A stretch of 64,000 nucleotides of DNA. It comes from Vicinamibacteria bacterium. GTDB taxonomy: Bacteria > Acidobacteriota > Vicinamibacteria > Vicinamibacterales > UBA8438. Within the stretch, counting starts at the first letter, position 1; every line of letters starts with the position of its first letter. Of the stretch, positions 1-7,820 are shown in pieces. The DNA is taken from NCBI GenBank assembly GCA_022821235.1, contig JAJEEA010000129.1, positions 3,931 to 67,930 on the forward strand, in the 5' to 3' direction. The position numbers and the translations under genes are program-made. The notes below the pieces were generated by a model. That model ran no database searches, was not told the origin of the DNA, and saw only the letters and a program-made list of their open reading frames with translations.

Positions 1-60
1 CGCTGGTGGGAGACGTACCTGAAGCCCACCGCCACGTCGCCGGAAAGCGGCGGCCGCTGA
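1..60 (+). CDS. 3' end of an unidentified CDS (5' part outside window)
   Basis: Open frame from position 1 with strongly GC3-biased codons, ending at TGA 58-60. Too short for a family call. Confidence 0.3.
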   Translation, partial: RWWETYLKPTATSPESGGR

Positions 61-228
61 TCTCGGTGGCGGAACGGTGAAGTTCCCCGTCGACCGGTGC
101 TAGCGTCCTCCATCGGAAGTTCCTGTGCAGTAGCGGGCACTCGGACGCGCCGCTCAGTTCCGGAAACACGGGCGAGCCGTCGTCGTGTCGCTCAAGGGCT
201 ACTGTGCATGGACTGCTGACGCGACACA

Positions 229-1107
229 CTAGCGCCCGGGGGCGTCGACGAGGCGGCCCCCGGTGACGAACCGCCGGTAGTTCGAGAACTGCTGCGTGCG
301 GAAGTACCGGGGGATGAACCCCCCGCCGTCGATGGCCCAGTTGCGCTCGATCGACCGGGGGAGCATCAACGTCTCGTCGGGATTCTCGAACGCGATGCGC
401 TCGTAGCGGGTGCTGGCGTCGTCCCGCTGCAGCCGGCTCCAGCGCCGGCTGCCCCGCGGGCGATCGAGCGGCTCGCGGAACTCGAACGGCCGCGTCAGGT
501 GCTCGTCGAGGCGCAGCACGTCGCCCGAGCCCACGTCCACCCAGGCGTCGCCGCCGTACCAGCCCTCGAGGTCGATGCGGGCGCAGTCGCCGTCCCACTC
601 GACCTCGCCCGGCTGCGCGTCGAGCGGCGTGAACGACAGTCTCGCGACGGGACGCCCGTCGACGATCTCCACGTCGCGCAGCCGGAAGTCGAACTCGACC
701 TGCCGGGCGGGCAGCAGCACCGACAGCGGGTCGTCGCCCTCCGCTTCGGGGACCAGGCAGGCGTTCTCGTCGTCGGGGCCGGGGGGACGGCCGTTCACCG
801 ACAGGAGCTCGCGCATGACCCGCACCGACGGCACGCCGTCGGCGCCAGTAGCGTCCCATTCGACGCGCTGCTCGTACTCGAGCCGGCGCGGCCGCCCGCG
901 CGGCCGCATGCCCCGGTCGAAGGAGCGCACCCAGACCGTCTCGGTCGACACGATGCTCTGCGCGCGCTGGAAGTAGCGCTCGAGCCGGTCGCCGATCCGC
1001 CCGAGCAGCGCGTCGAGGTCGACGGCGGGCGTCTGGGCGGACAGCGCCACGGGCGCCAGCAGGAGCCCGGTCCACAGGAGGGCCGGCAGGGGCCGAAGCG
1101 CGGGCAT
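229..1107 (-). CDS. hypothetical exported protein
   Basis: ORF track 229..1221(-). Start trimmed to ATG 1107, where a signal-peptide-like N-terminus begins (MPALRPLPALLWTGLLLAPVALSAQ). GC3-biased; no family recognised. Confidence 0.7.
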   Translation of the reverse strand: MPALRPLPALLWTGLLLAPVALSAQTPAVDLDALLGRIGDRLERYFQRAQSIVSTETVWVRSFDRGMRPRGRPRRLEYEQRVEWDATGADGVPSVRVMRELLSVNGRPPGPDDENACLVPEAEGDDPLSVLLPARQVEFDFRLRDVEIVDGRPVARLSFTPLDAQPGEVEWDGDCARIDLEGWYGGDAWVDVGSGDVLRLDEHLTRPFEFREPLDRPRGSRRWSRLQRDDASTRYERIAFENPDETLMLPRSIERNWAIDGGGFIPRYFRTQQFSNYRRFVTGGRLVDAPGR

Positions 1108-1219
1108 CACGACGGTGATCCTGCGCCCGAAACGGCCCGGCGTCAATGACTCGGGGCGTCGGTCCGGGTGGCCGCGGCCAAACGCTGCCCATCGTCCTTG
1201 CGCGTGCTCTCTCAAGTTC

Positions 1220-1232
1220 ATAACATTGTTAT
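1220..1232. promoter_or_regulatory. 13-bp perfect palindrome, candidate PadR operator overlapping a -10-like TATAGA
   Basis: ATAACA-T-TGTTAT lies in the only AT-rich patch of the 1107-1261 divergent intergenic region, 29 nt upstream of the padR-like ATG. The function is inferred. Confidence 0.4.
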
Positions 1233-1260
1233 AGACCGGGCTCCAGAGGGAGGATCCACC

Positions 1261-1593
1261 ATGCCGAGAAGTCGCCTGGGAGAGCTGGAGGAGCAGATCC
1301 TGCTGACGGTCCTGCGCCTCGGCGGCGAGAGCTACGCGGTGCCGGTGGCCAGGGAGCTGGGCCGGTTGACGGCTCGCGAGGTCTCGCCCGCGACGGCCTA
1401 CATGGTGCTCCGACGCCTGGAGGGCCGCGGTCTTCTGGTCTCGTCGGTGGGGACGCCGGCGCCGGAACGAGGCGGCAGGCCGCGTCGCTTCTACCGCGTG
1501 GTCGACGAGCAGGCCCTGCCGGCCCTCCGGGAGTCGCGAAACGCGATGCTCGCGCTGTGGGACGGGCTCGAGGCGAGGCTGGGTCCGTCATGA
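1261..1593 (+). CDS. PadR-family transcriptional regulator
   Basis: 111 aa with a winged-helix PadR pattern (LEEQILLTVLRLGGESYAVPVARELGRLT...ATAYMVLRRLEGRGLL...GGRPRRFYRV). GAGGGAGGA Shine-Dalgarno upstream. Its stop overlaps the next start (ATGA at 1590). Confidence 0.9.
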   Translation: MPRSRLGELEEQILLTVLRLGGESYAVPVARELGRLTAREVSPATAYMVLRRLEGRGLLVSSVGTPAPERGGRPRRFYRVVDEQALPALRESRNAMLALWDGLEARLGPS

Positions 1594-4316
1594 CCGCCCG
1601 CAATCGCGCTCCGTTCCTGCTGCGGCTGGCGGTTCGCCTCCTCCCCGAGGACGCGAGGGCGGAGGTGCTCGGCGACCTGATCGAGCACTGGTCGCTGGAC
1701 GTCGGCCGACGCCCCCGGGCGGCCCGGGGTCTCTGGCTGATGCGACAGCCCGCCGCGGCGCTGGCCGCCCGGCTGCGGTTCGGGCGCGAGGGCGAGGGCC
1801 TGGTCTCGCCGGCGCGGTGGAGTGAGGCCGGCATCTCCCGGCTCGACCTCAAGCTCGGGCTCCGGATGCTCGTCAAGCATCCGTGGCTCACGCTGGTGGT
1901 GGTCTTCGCCCTCGGCGTCGGCATCCCCGCGAGCCTCGCCCCCCACCACCTCATCGACGCCGTCCTCGACGAGTCCCCTCCCTTCGATGAGGGCGACCAG
2001 GTCGTCGGCGTGGTGGGCCGCAACCAGGAGTCGGGCCGGCAGGAGCCGCTGCGTCTCGGCGACTACGAGTCGCTGCGAACGCGCCTCACCTCGTTCGCGT
2101 CCGTCGGGGCCGCCCTGCTCCGGGACGTGAACGTCATCTCCGACGACGGCCGGGCGGAGGGCGCGCGGGGGGCGGAGATGAGCGCGTCCTCGTTCGCGTT
2201 GACGCGGGTGCCGCCCGTGCAGGGACGTGCGCTCACGGCGGCGGACGAGGTCGTCGGGGCGCCCGAGGTGGTGGTGGTCGGACACGACTACTGGCGCTCG
2301 CGGCTCGGCTCCCGTCCCGACGTCGTCGGCTCCACGCTCCGCATCGGCGGCGTCCCCACGACGGTCGTGGGCGTGATGCCCGAGGGCTTCGCGATGCCGA
2401 GCCGGGAGCAGCTCTGGCTGCCCCTGCGGCGGCGGGCCATCGACTACGCCGACGGCCTCGGTCCCGCCGTGTGGGTCTACGGCCGCCTCGCGGAAGGGAC
2501 GTCGAGGGGCGAGGCGCGGGCGGAGCTGGCGGCCGTCGGCATCCGTCGCGACGTGCCGGACGATCGGGGGCGGGTCCGGGCCGATGCGGTGGCGTTCTCG
2601 GCCCTCAGCATCGGGACGCCGACGGGCATGCTGGCGGCGTTTCTCTTCATCGCCCAGGGCGTGCCTCTCGTCCTGCTGCTGATCGCGTGCGGCAACGTCG
2701 CCATCCTGCTGCTCGCGCGCACCGCGAACCGGTCGGGCGAGCTCGCGCTGCGGACGGCGCTCGGCGCCAGCCGGTCCCGCATCGTCGCCCAGCTCTTCGT
2801 CGAGACCCTCGTCCTGGCCCTTCTCGCGACCGGCGTCGGCCTGCTGGGCATGCACCTGATCGTCGAGCGCGTGACGCCCGGCTTCGATCTGCCGTTCTGG
2901 GTGGACCTGGGGGTGACGCCCGAGGTCGTGTTGAAGGCCCTCGGGCTCGGCGTCGCGAGCGCGGTGTTCGCCGGCGTCCTGCCCGCGCTGCGGGCCACCG
3001 GGTCGTCGCCCCAGCGCACCCTGCAGGCGGCGGCGGGTGGCCTGGGCGGCTTCCGCTTCGGCCGGGTCACGGGCGCCCTGATCATCGTCGAGGTGGGGCT
3101 GGGCGTCGGCGCCCTGTTCGCGGCGGGGATGACGTATCGCATGTTCGCCGCGATCGACCAGGAGACGAGCGTCGCGATGCAGACGAGCCGCGTGCTGGTC
3201 GCGTCGATGCAGGTCCCCTCCTCGGAGCCGGGAGGGGACCGCGACGAGGCCGACGAGACCCGGATCGCCCGCATCGCCTCGATGCAGGAGGCGCTCGCAC
3301 GCCGGTTGGCGGCCCAGCCCGGGGTCCGGAGCTGGGCGTTCTCGGACGCCACCCCCGGGGGCGGGCGGTTCGAGAGGCGGGGACGCGTCGAGGGAGACGA
3401 GTTCCCGCCGGACTTCCCCGGGCTCCCGGTGGTCACGTCCCGGGTCGAGCCGGGCTTCTTCGGCACCCTCGGCATCGAGCCCCTGCACGGGCGGACGTTC
3501 GAGCGCGGAGACGTCCCCGTCGAGGCCGGTCAAGCGCCGACCCGGGTCCTCGTGAACACGAAGTTCCTCGACCGCCGGGGCCTGGACTACCGCGGCGCCG
3601 TGGGGCTGACCATGCGCATCTCCGATCCGGGAGAGGCGCCCACCGGCCCGTGGATGGAGATCGTCGGCGTGGTGCCCGACCTCGAGGCGAGCCTGGGGCA
3701 GGCCATCTTCGACGGCACGCCGATGGCCTACCTGCCTGCCGCCCCGGGCAGCGTGCATCCCCTCACGCTGGTGATCGACCTCGGCGAAGACCCGACCGCC
3801 TTCGCCCCCGTGCTGCGCCGCCTGCTCGCCGACGCCGACCCCACCGCGATCCTCGGCGACGTCGTGGCCCTCGACCAGCTCCCGAACACCGCGGCCCTGG
3901 TGCAGCGGACGGCATCCGGCGTCCTCGTGGGCCTCTCCCTGATCGCCATCGTCCTGTCGACGGCGGCCCTGTACGCGCTCATGTCGTTCACCGTCGCCCG
4001 GCGCACCCGCGAGATCGGCGTGCGCATCGCCCTCGGCGGGAGGTCGAGCCGGATCGTCGCGGCCATCGCGCGTCGCCAGCTCCGCCAGCTCGTGGTCGGG
4101 GTCGTGCTCGGCGCCGGGTTCTGGGCCGTCGCTTTCACGTCGCTCGGCGGGGCCGGCGCGTTCCAGGGCGAGCTCGGGGTCGCGGTGCGGTCGTGGCCGA
4201 CGGTGCTGTCCATCACGGCCGCGATCGTCGTGGCGACCGGCCTGTCGGCCTGCCTCGCGCCAATCCTGAGAGGGCTCAGGATCCGCCCGGTGGAGGCGCT
4301 GCGCGTCGACGCGTAG
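1590..4316 (+). CDS. duplicated FtsX/MacB-type ABC permease (ADOP-family architecture)
   Basis: 908 aa with two FtsX-like halves (LLARTANRSGELALRTALGASRSRIVAQL and ARRTREIGVRIALGGRSSRIVAAI) separated by large periplasmic regions. Translationally coupled to the PadR gene, a pairing typical of Acidobacteria. Confidence 0.9.
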   Translation: MTARNRAPFLLRLAVRLLPEDARAEVLGDLIEHWSLDVGRRPRAARGLWLMRQPAAALAARLRFGREGEGLVSPARWSEAGISRLDLKLGLRMLVKHPWLTLVVVFALGVGIPASLAPHHLIDAVLDESPPFDEGDQVVGVVGRNQESGRQEPLRLGDYESLRTRLTSFASVGAALLRDVNVISDDGRAEGARGAEMSASSFALTRVPPVQGRALTAADEVVGAPEVVVVGHDYWRSRLGSRPDVVGSTLRIGGVPTTVVGVMPEGFAMPSREQLWLPLRRRAIDYADGLGPAVWVYGRLAEGTSRGEARAELAAVGIRRDVPDDRGRVRADAVAFSALSIGTPTGMLAAFLFIAQGVPLVLLLIACGNVAILLLARTANRSGELALRTALGASRSRIVAQLFVETLVLALLATGVGLLGMHLIVERVTPGFDLPFWVDLGVTPEVVLKALGLGVASAVFAGVLPALRATGSSPQRTLQAAAGGLGGFRFGRVTGALIIVEVGLGVGALFAAGMTYRMFAAIDQETSVAMQTSRVLVASMQVPSSEPGGDRDEADETRIARIASMQEALARRLAAQPGVRSWAFSDATPGGGRFERRGRVEGDEFPPDFPGLPVVTSRVEPGFFGTLGIEPLHGRTFERGDVPVEAGQAPTRVLVNTKFLDRRGLDYRGAVGLTMRISDPGEAPTGPWMEIVGVVPDLEASLGQAIFDGTPMAYLPAAPGSVHPLTLVIDLGEDPTAFAPVLRRLLADADPTAILGDVVALDQLPNTAALVQRTASGVLVGLSLIAIVLSTAALYALMSFTVARRTREIGVRIALGGRSSRIVAAIARRQLRQLVVGVVLGAGFWAVAFTSLGGAGAFQGELGVAVRSWPTVLSITAAIVVATGLSACLAPILRGLRIRPVEALRVDA

Positions 4317-4337
4317 TCGGCGGTGACGGGTGTGAGC

Positions 4338-4485
4338 CGGCCATGCGGTCGGCGAACCTCCCGCCGGCCTCCGCCTCGATGGTGAGGCTGTAGAATCGAG
4401 ACGTGGCTGATTCGAAGGCCCGGCCGCATGTTCCACGCGCCGGCGTGCCGGCGGCCCCCCCGCCGGAGTCGGCGCCGCGGGTCGG
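4338..4485 (+). repeat. copy 1 of a ~150-bp duplicated promoter/leader module
   Basis: Aligns by eye with 5291-5440. The core GTAGAATCGAGACGTGGCTGATT is identical in both copies, and the flanks are similar with small indels. Confidence 0.75.
4391..4405 (+). promoter_or_regulatory. -10 box TAGAAT followed after 6 nt by GTG (putative transcription start)
   Basis: TAGAAT at 4391-4396, preceded by TG. Same geometry as the 5346 copy. Confidence 0.45.
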
Positions 4486-4698
4486 CCATGGCGTGCTGCG
4501 GGTCGATGGACCCGATTCAGCGCGAGGCCTGCGATGTAGCTGTCTGGATTCACAGGGGGCGCGTGCGCGGCAGGGGCGACATCGACGAGCTGCTCGATGC
4601 GCACCGTTTTTGGCAGTTCACGGGTGATGCCGGCCGGGCTCCTGAACAGCTTCCAGTCCGTCAACCACGACCAAGAGACTGAGCAGAGGTAGCTCACC

Positions 4699-5256
4699 GT
4701 GCCCGAATGGAAGAGCAGAGTAGTCGACCTGCCCCGCGATCACGGATGGAGCGCCAAGCCCGGCAACAGCATCTTCGTGGCGAACAGAGGAGCGGTGCAT
4801 TTCGAGTACCCGTCGGGCTGGGTGATCACGCCCGACGGGGATTCCATCTGCCTCTATGACGCAGCGGCTCCCGACGACAACATGCGCCTGCAGGTCTCGG
4901 TGCTTCGACTCGGTCCCGATGGATCGAGCATGGACTGGAGCGCCATGCCGTCGCTCGCCGACATGATGGAGAACACCGTGCTGGCCGACGATGCGCGCCG
5001 GCGCACGCGGGAGGGACCGATGCTCGGCGCGTCCCGCCGCAATCTGGAGTACCTGTGGCTGGAGATGGACTTCGAGGATCCGGCCGGGAAGCGCAAGGCG
5101 CATTCCCGGGCGTGCCTCGCCCGCGGCGGGAACGTCCAGGCGTTCATCACGATGGAGTACTGGCCCGAAGACCGCCGGGTCGCCGCCAAGGTCTGGAACG
5201 ACATGCTGGAGTCGCTGAAGCTCGCCGAGTACCTGTACGACGACAACCCGCACTGA
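4699..5256 (+). CDS. hypothetical protein
   Basis: 185 aa. GTG start directly after an in-frame TAG. Protein-like composition with coding GC3 bias; no family recognised. Confidence 0.6.
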   Translation: MPEWKSRVVDLPRDHGWSAKPGNSIFVANRGAVHFEYPSGWVITPDGDSICLYDAAAPDDNMRLQVSVLRLGPDGSSMDWSAMPSLADMMENTVLADDARRRTREGPMLGASRRNLEYLWLEMDFEDPAGKRKAHSRACLARGGNVQAFITMEYWPEDRRVAAKVWNDMLESLKLAEYLYDDNPH

Positions 5257-5290
5257 TCGGGACGCATGGTCGGCGGGGGCGGACTCGACT

Positions 5291-5440
5291 CGGCCATGGT
5301 GGTTCGGCGACCTTCCTGCGGGCTTCCGCCTCGACGGTTCGGCGGTAGAATCGAGACGTGGCTGATTTCGAGCCCCGGCCGCCCGTTCCGGGCGGCGGCG
5401 CGCCGGCGGATCCCGCACCGGCCTCGGCGTTGCCGGCGGA
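5291..5440 (+). repeat. copy 2 of the ~150-bp duplicated promoter/leader module
   Basis: See 4338-4485. Lies between the stop at 5256 and the start at 5499. Confidence 0.75.
5346..5360 (+). promoter_or_regulatory. -10 box TAGAAT followed after 6 nt by GTG (putative transcription start)
   Basis: TAGAAT at 5346-5351 and GTG at 5358, which is in frame with the downstream CDS. Confidence 0.45.
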
Positions 5441-5498
5441 CGCGTCCCCGGCTGCCGTCGGCGTCCACCGCCGGAAGCGCGGCCGGCAGGGGGAGACA

Positions 5499-6524
5499 AT
5501 GCGAACCTCTCTTCCGATTCTCCTGGGTTGTGGAATCGGTCTTCTCGTGGTCGTGACGGCGGAGAGCGGCGGCCGGCCCGTCACCGCTACGGGTTCCGCA
5601 CAGGCGCCGGGCGCCGGTGACCCGGCCGGCGAGGCCGGTATCGTCACGACCGGTCCGGCAACGGACCTGCGGCCCGGCGCTCCGCTGACCGGATGTACGT
5701 CCGGGCTGGTCCGCGAAGCGCAGGGTGGCAACAACTTCAACCCCGCGCTCGTCGGCTTCGTGACGTCGGCGGCGGGCGAGCGGTTCGCAGTGCCCGCGCC
5801 GGTTCACGACGGTCCGGCCGCGGTGGACCTGTTCAACAACTGCTCGGGACAGGGCGACAACCCCGACTACCTCTCGCAGCTCGAGACCGTCGTCATCGAC
5901 CCGGACGGGGTGGAGATTACCGGGTTCATCTTCGGAGACAACTACTTCGAGCTCTACGTGAACGGCCGGTTCGTCGGGCGTGATCCGGTCGGGATGACGC
6001 CATTCAACTCCAACGTGGTCCGGTTCAGGGCCAGCTACCCCATGACCTATGCGGTGATGGGTGTCGACTGGGAAACGCACAGCGGCGTCGGGATGGAATA
6101 CGACAGCTTCAACCTGGGCGACGGGGGGCTCATCGCGTACTTCAGCGACGGCAATGGCACCGACGGCGAGTGGCGTGCCGAGACCTTCTACATCGCGCCG
6201 CTCGACGATCCGAGCTGCGTGCGAACCGCGGGCGGCCGCGATTCGACGTTTTGCTCGCAGGCCGTGCGCCCCACGTGCGCCGAGAACGCTCCCGACCGCT
6301 GCCAGGCCCTTCATTTCCCGGTGCCCGCCGACTGGACGGCGCCGGCGTTCGACGACGCGCACTGGCCCCCCGCGATCGTGTGGCCGCCCGAGAGGGTGAC
6401 GAGGCAGCGCGCGTATACCGGATACACACGGTTGTTCGGCGACGCCGAGTTCATCTGGACCCGGAACATCAGGCTCGACAACCTCGTCCTGGCCCGCTAC
6501 ACGGCGACCGGTCCGCGACGGTGA
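5499..6524 (+). CDS. hypothetical secreted or membrane-anchored protein
   Basis: ATG 5499 preceded by GGGGGAGA. Hydrophobic N-terminus MRTSLPILLGCGIGLLVVVTA. An alternative leaderless GTG at 5358 would add a 47-aa Pro/Ala-rich tail. No family recognised. Confidence 0.75.
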   Translation: MRTSLPILLGCGIGLLVVVTAESGGRPVTATGSAQAPGAGDPAGEAGIVTTGPATDLRPGAPLTGCTSGLVREAQGGNNFNPALVGFVTSAAGERFAVPAPVHDGPAAVDLFNNCSGQGDNPDYLSQLETVVIDPDGVEITGFIFGDNYFELYVNGRFVGRDPVGMTPFNSNVVRFRASYPMTYAVMGVDWETHSGVGMEYDSFNLGDGGLIAYFSDGNGTDGEWRAETFYIAPLDDPSCVRTAGGRDSTFCSQAVRPTCAENAPDRCQALHFPVPADWTAPAFDDAHWPPAIVWPPERVTRQRAYTGYTRLFGDAEFIWTRNIRLDNLVLARYTATGPRR

Positions 6525-6780
6525 TAGCTGGCCTTTCGGCGAGGCCACCGTGCGCCATGGGAGTTGGCGCGAGCGAAACGCCCAACGCGGCCGTTCCGTC
6601 GCGCAGCCTGTACTCGGCTCCGGTGCTGACGCTGTCCGCCTGGTTTCGTCGTCAAGATAGAGGAGGGCCAGCTCCCGGTTGGCGACTCGGCACCGAGGAT
6701 GGGGCCGCATTATGGGCTACACTGGTCCCCCATGATGATCGCCGTGTCATCGAGGCGAAACAAGGCCGAGAGGAGGAGGT

Positions 6781-7638
6781 ATGGTGGACCCGATCAGACG
6801 CAAGCTGCTGAAGACTGGCGCCGCTGCGGCGGCAATGGCCGCTACGCCGGAGGCGCTGTTCGCGCGGCAGGGCGCCAATGACGCCGGCGGACGCTTCTAC
6901 GAAAGGGGGAATGTCCGCATCCGCTATGAGGAGACAGGGTCGGGCTTCCCGCTGTTGCTCATCTCGGGCGGGGGGTTGAACGGCTCGACGATCGAGGGCA
7001 TCCGGCGCCGCAATCCCTTCAACACGATCGAGGCGTTCGGCGGAGAGTTCCGCTGTATCTACGCGGACTTGCGCCACGCAGCCGGGCAGTCCACTGGCCC
7101 GCTCGAGGTCGACCGGCCGTGGGATGCCTACACCGACGACCAACTCGGCCTGATGGATCATCTGGGGATCGACAGGTTCATGGTGCTCGGTTTCTGCATT
7201 GCGGGACCCTTCATCTGGAACCTCATCAAGCGGGCGCCGGATCGCGTGGTCGCGGCCGTGCCGGCGCAGCCGGTCGGGTTCCGTCCGGAGTTGCCGAACG
7301 CCATGTATGAGAGTCAGAGCAACTCGTGGGGTGCAGAAGTGGTCGAGCGGGACCCCGACATCACGACGCAAATGGCCGACCAATTCCTGAACCGACTGTT
7401 CCGCACTGACCCTGACTTCGTGTTCACGGTGACGCGGGACTTCGTGAGGCAGTGTCAGACGCCGGTTCTCGTCCTGCCGGACGATACCCCGGGACATTCG
7501 TACGATGCCGCGATCGAGAGCGCGATGCTGGCGCCAAACGGACAACTGAGCATGTACCCCTGGAAAGACACCCCGGAGAAGATTCCGATGGCGGTGCGCC
7601 ACGTTCGCAGCTTCCTGCTGTCGTATCGGCCAGCCTAG
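6781..7638 (+). CDS. alpha/beta-fold hydrolase with Tat-type signal and a Cys at the nucleophile elbow
   Basis: GAGGAGGAGG Shine-Dalgarno. N-terminus IRRKLLKTGAAAAAMAA. The elbow reads VLGFCIAGP (Sm-x-Cys-x-Sm) instead of G-x-S-x-G. Confidence 0.85.
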   Translation: MVDPIRRKLLKTGAAAAAMAATPEALFARQGANDAGGRFYERGNVRIRYEETGSGFPLLLISGGGLNGSTIEGIRRRNPFNTIEAFGGEFRCIYADLRHAAGQSTGPLEVDRPWDAYTDDQLGLMDHLGIDRFMVLGFCIAGPFIWNLIKRAPDRVVAAVPAQPVGFRPELPNAMYESQSNSWGAEVVERDPDITTQMADQFLNRLFRTDPDFVFTVTRDFVRQCQTPVLVLPDDTPGHSYDAAIESAMLAPNGQLSMYPWKDTPEKIPMAVRHVRSFLLSYRPA

Positions 7639-7773
7639 CCCGCCAATCGTCGCCTGACGGCTCCGCTCGGCGCCCAACCCACCCTGCAGGAGTCCGCGCC
7701 GTTCTACGGCGCAGACTCCTGGCCCGCCAATCGCCGCCTGCGGCTCCGCTTGGCGCCGAACCAACCCTGCCAG
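7639..7773. repeat. intergenic repeat family R1 (about 1.6 units) containing a 15-bp-stem hairpin at 7687-7721
   Basis: CCCGCCAATCG(T/C)CGCCTG(A)CGGCTCCGCT occurs twice. The hairpin is CAGGAGTCCGCGCCG-ttcta-CGGCGCAGACTCCTG. Shares 18-20-nt blocks with 10657-10895. Confidence 0.75.
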
Positions 7774-7820
7774 TGATGAGGTGATCGGCGCCGATTCGGG
7801 AACGGAGCGAGTCGAGGAGG

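Noticed and set aside
4403-4627. 74-aa ORF starting at the GTG of repeat copy 1, as a real protein.
   Set aside because: Beyond the first ~24 codons shared with copy 2, the translation is Arg/Gly-rich noise with no hydrophobic core. It is kept only as an alternative in the repeat-module finding.
1491-4697. 1068-aa ORF antisense to the ADOP permease. Similar giant ORFs occur at 4854..6710(-), 10621..13185(-), 13890..16886(-), 9144..11128 (both strands), 17110..18882(-), 32753..34723(-), 34713..36902(-), 40984..42720(-), 50534..52045(-, apart from its vapB tail) and 53133..54998(+).
   Set aside because: They overlap, in antisense or off-frame, genes with clear family motifs. They are Arg/Pro/Gly/Ala-rich low-complexity translations typical of stop-poor GC-rich DNA, and they have no motifs of their own.
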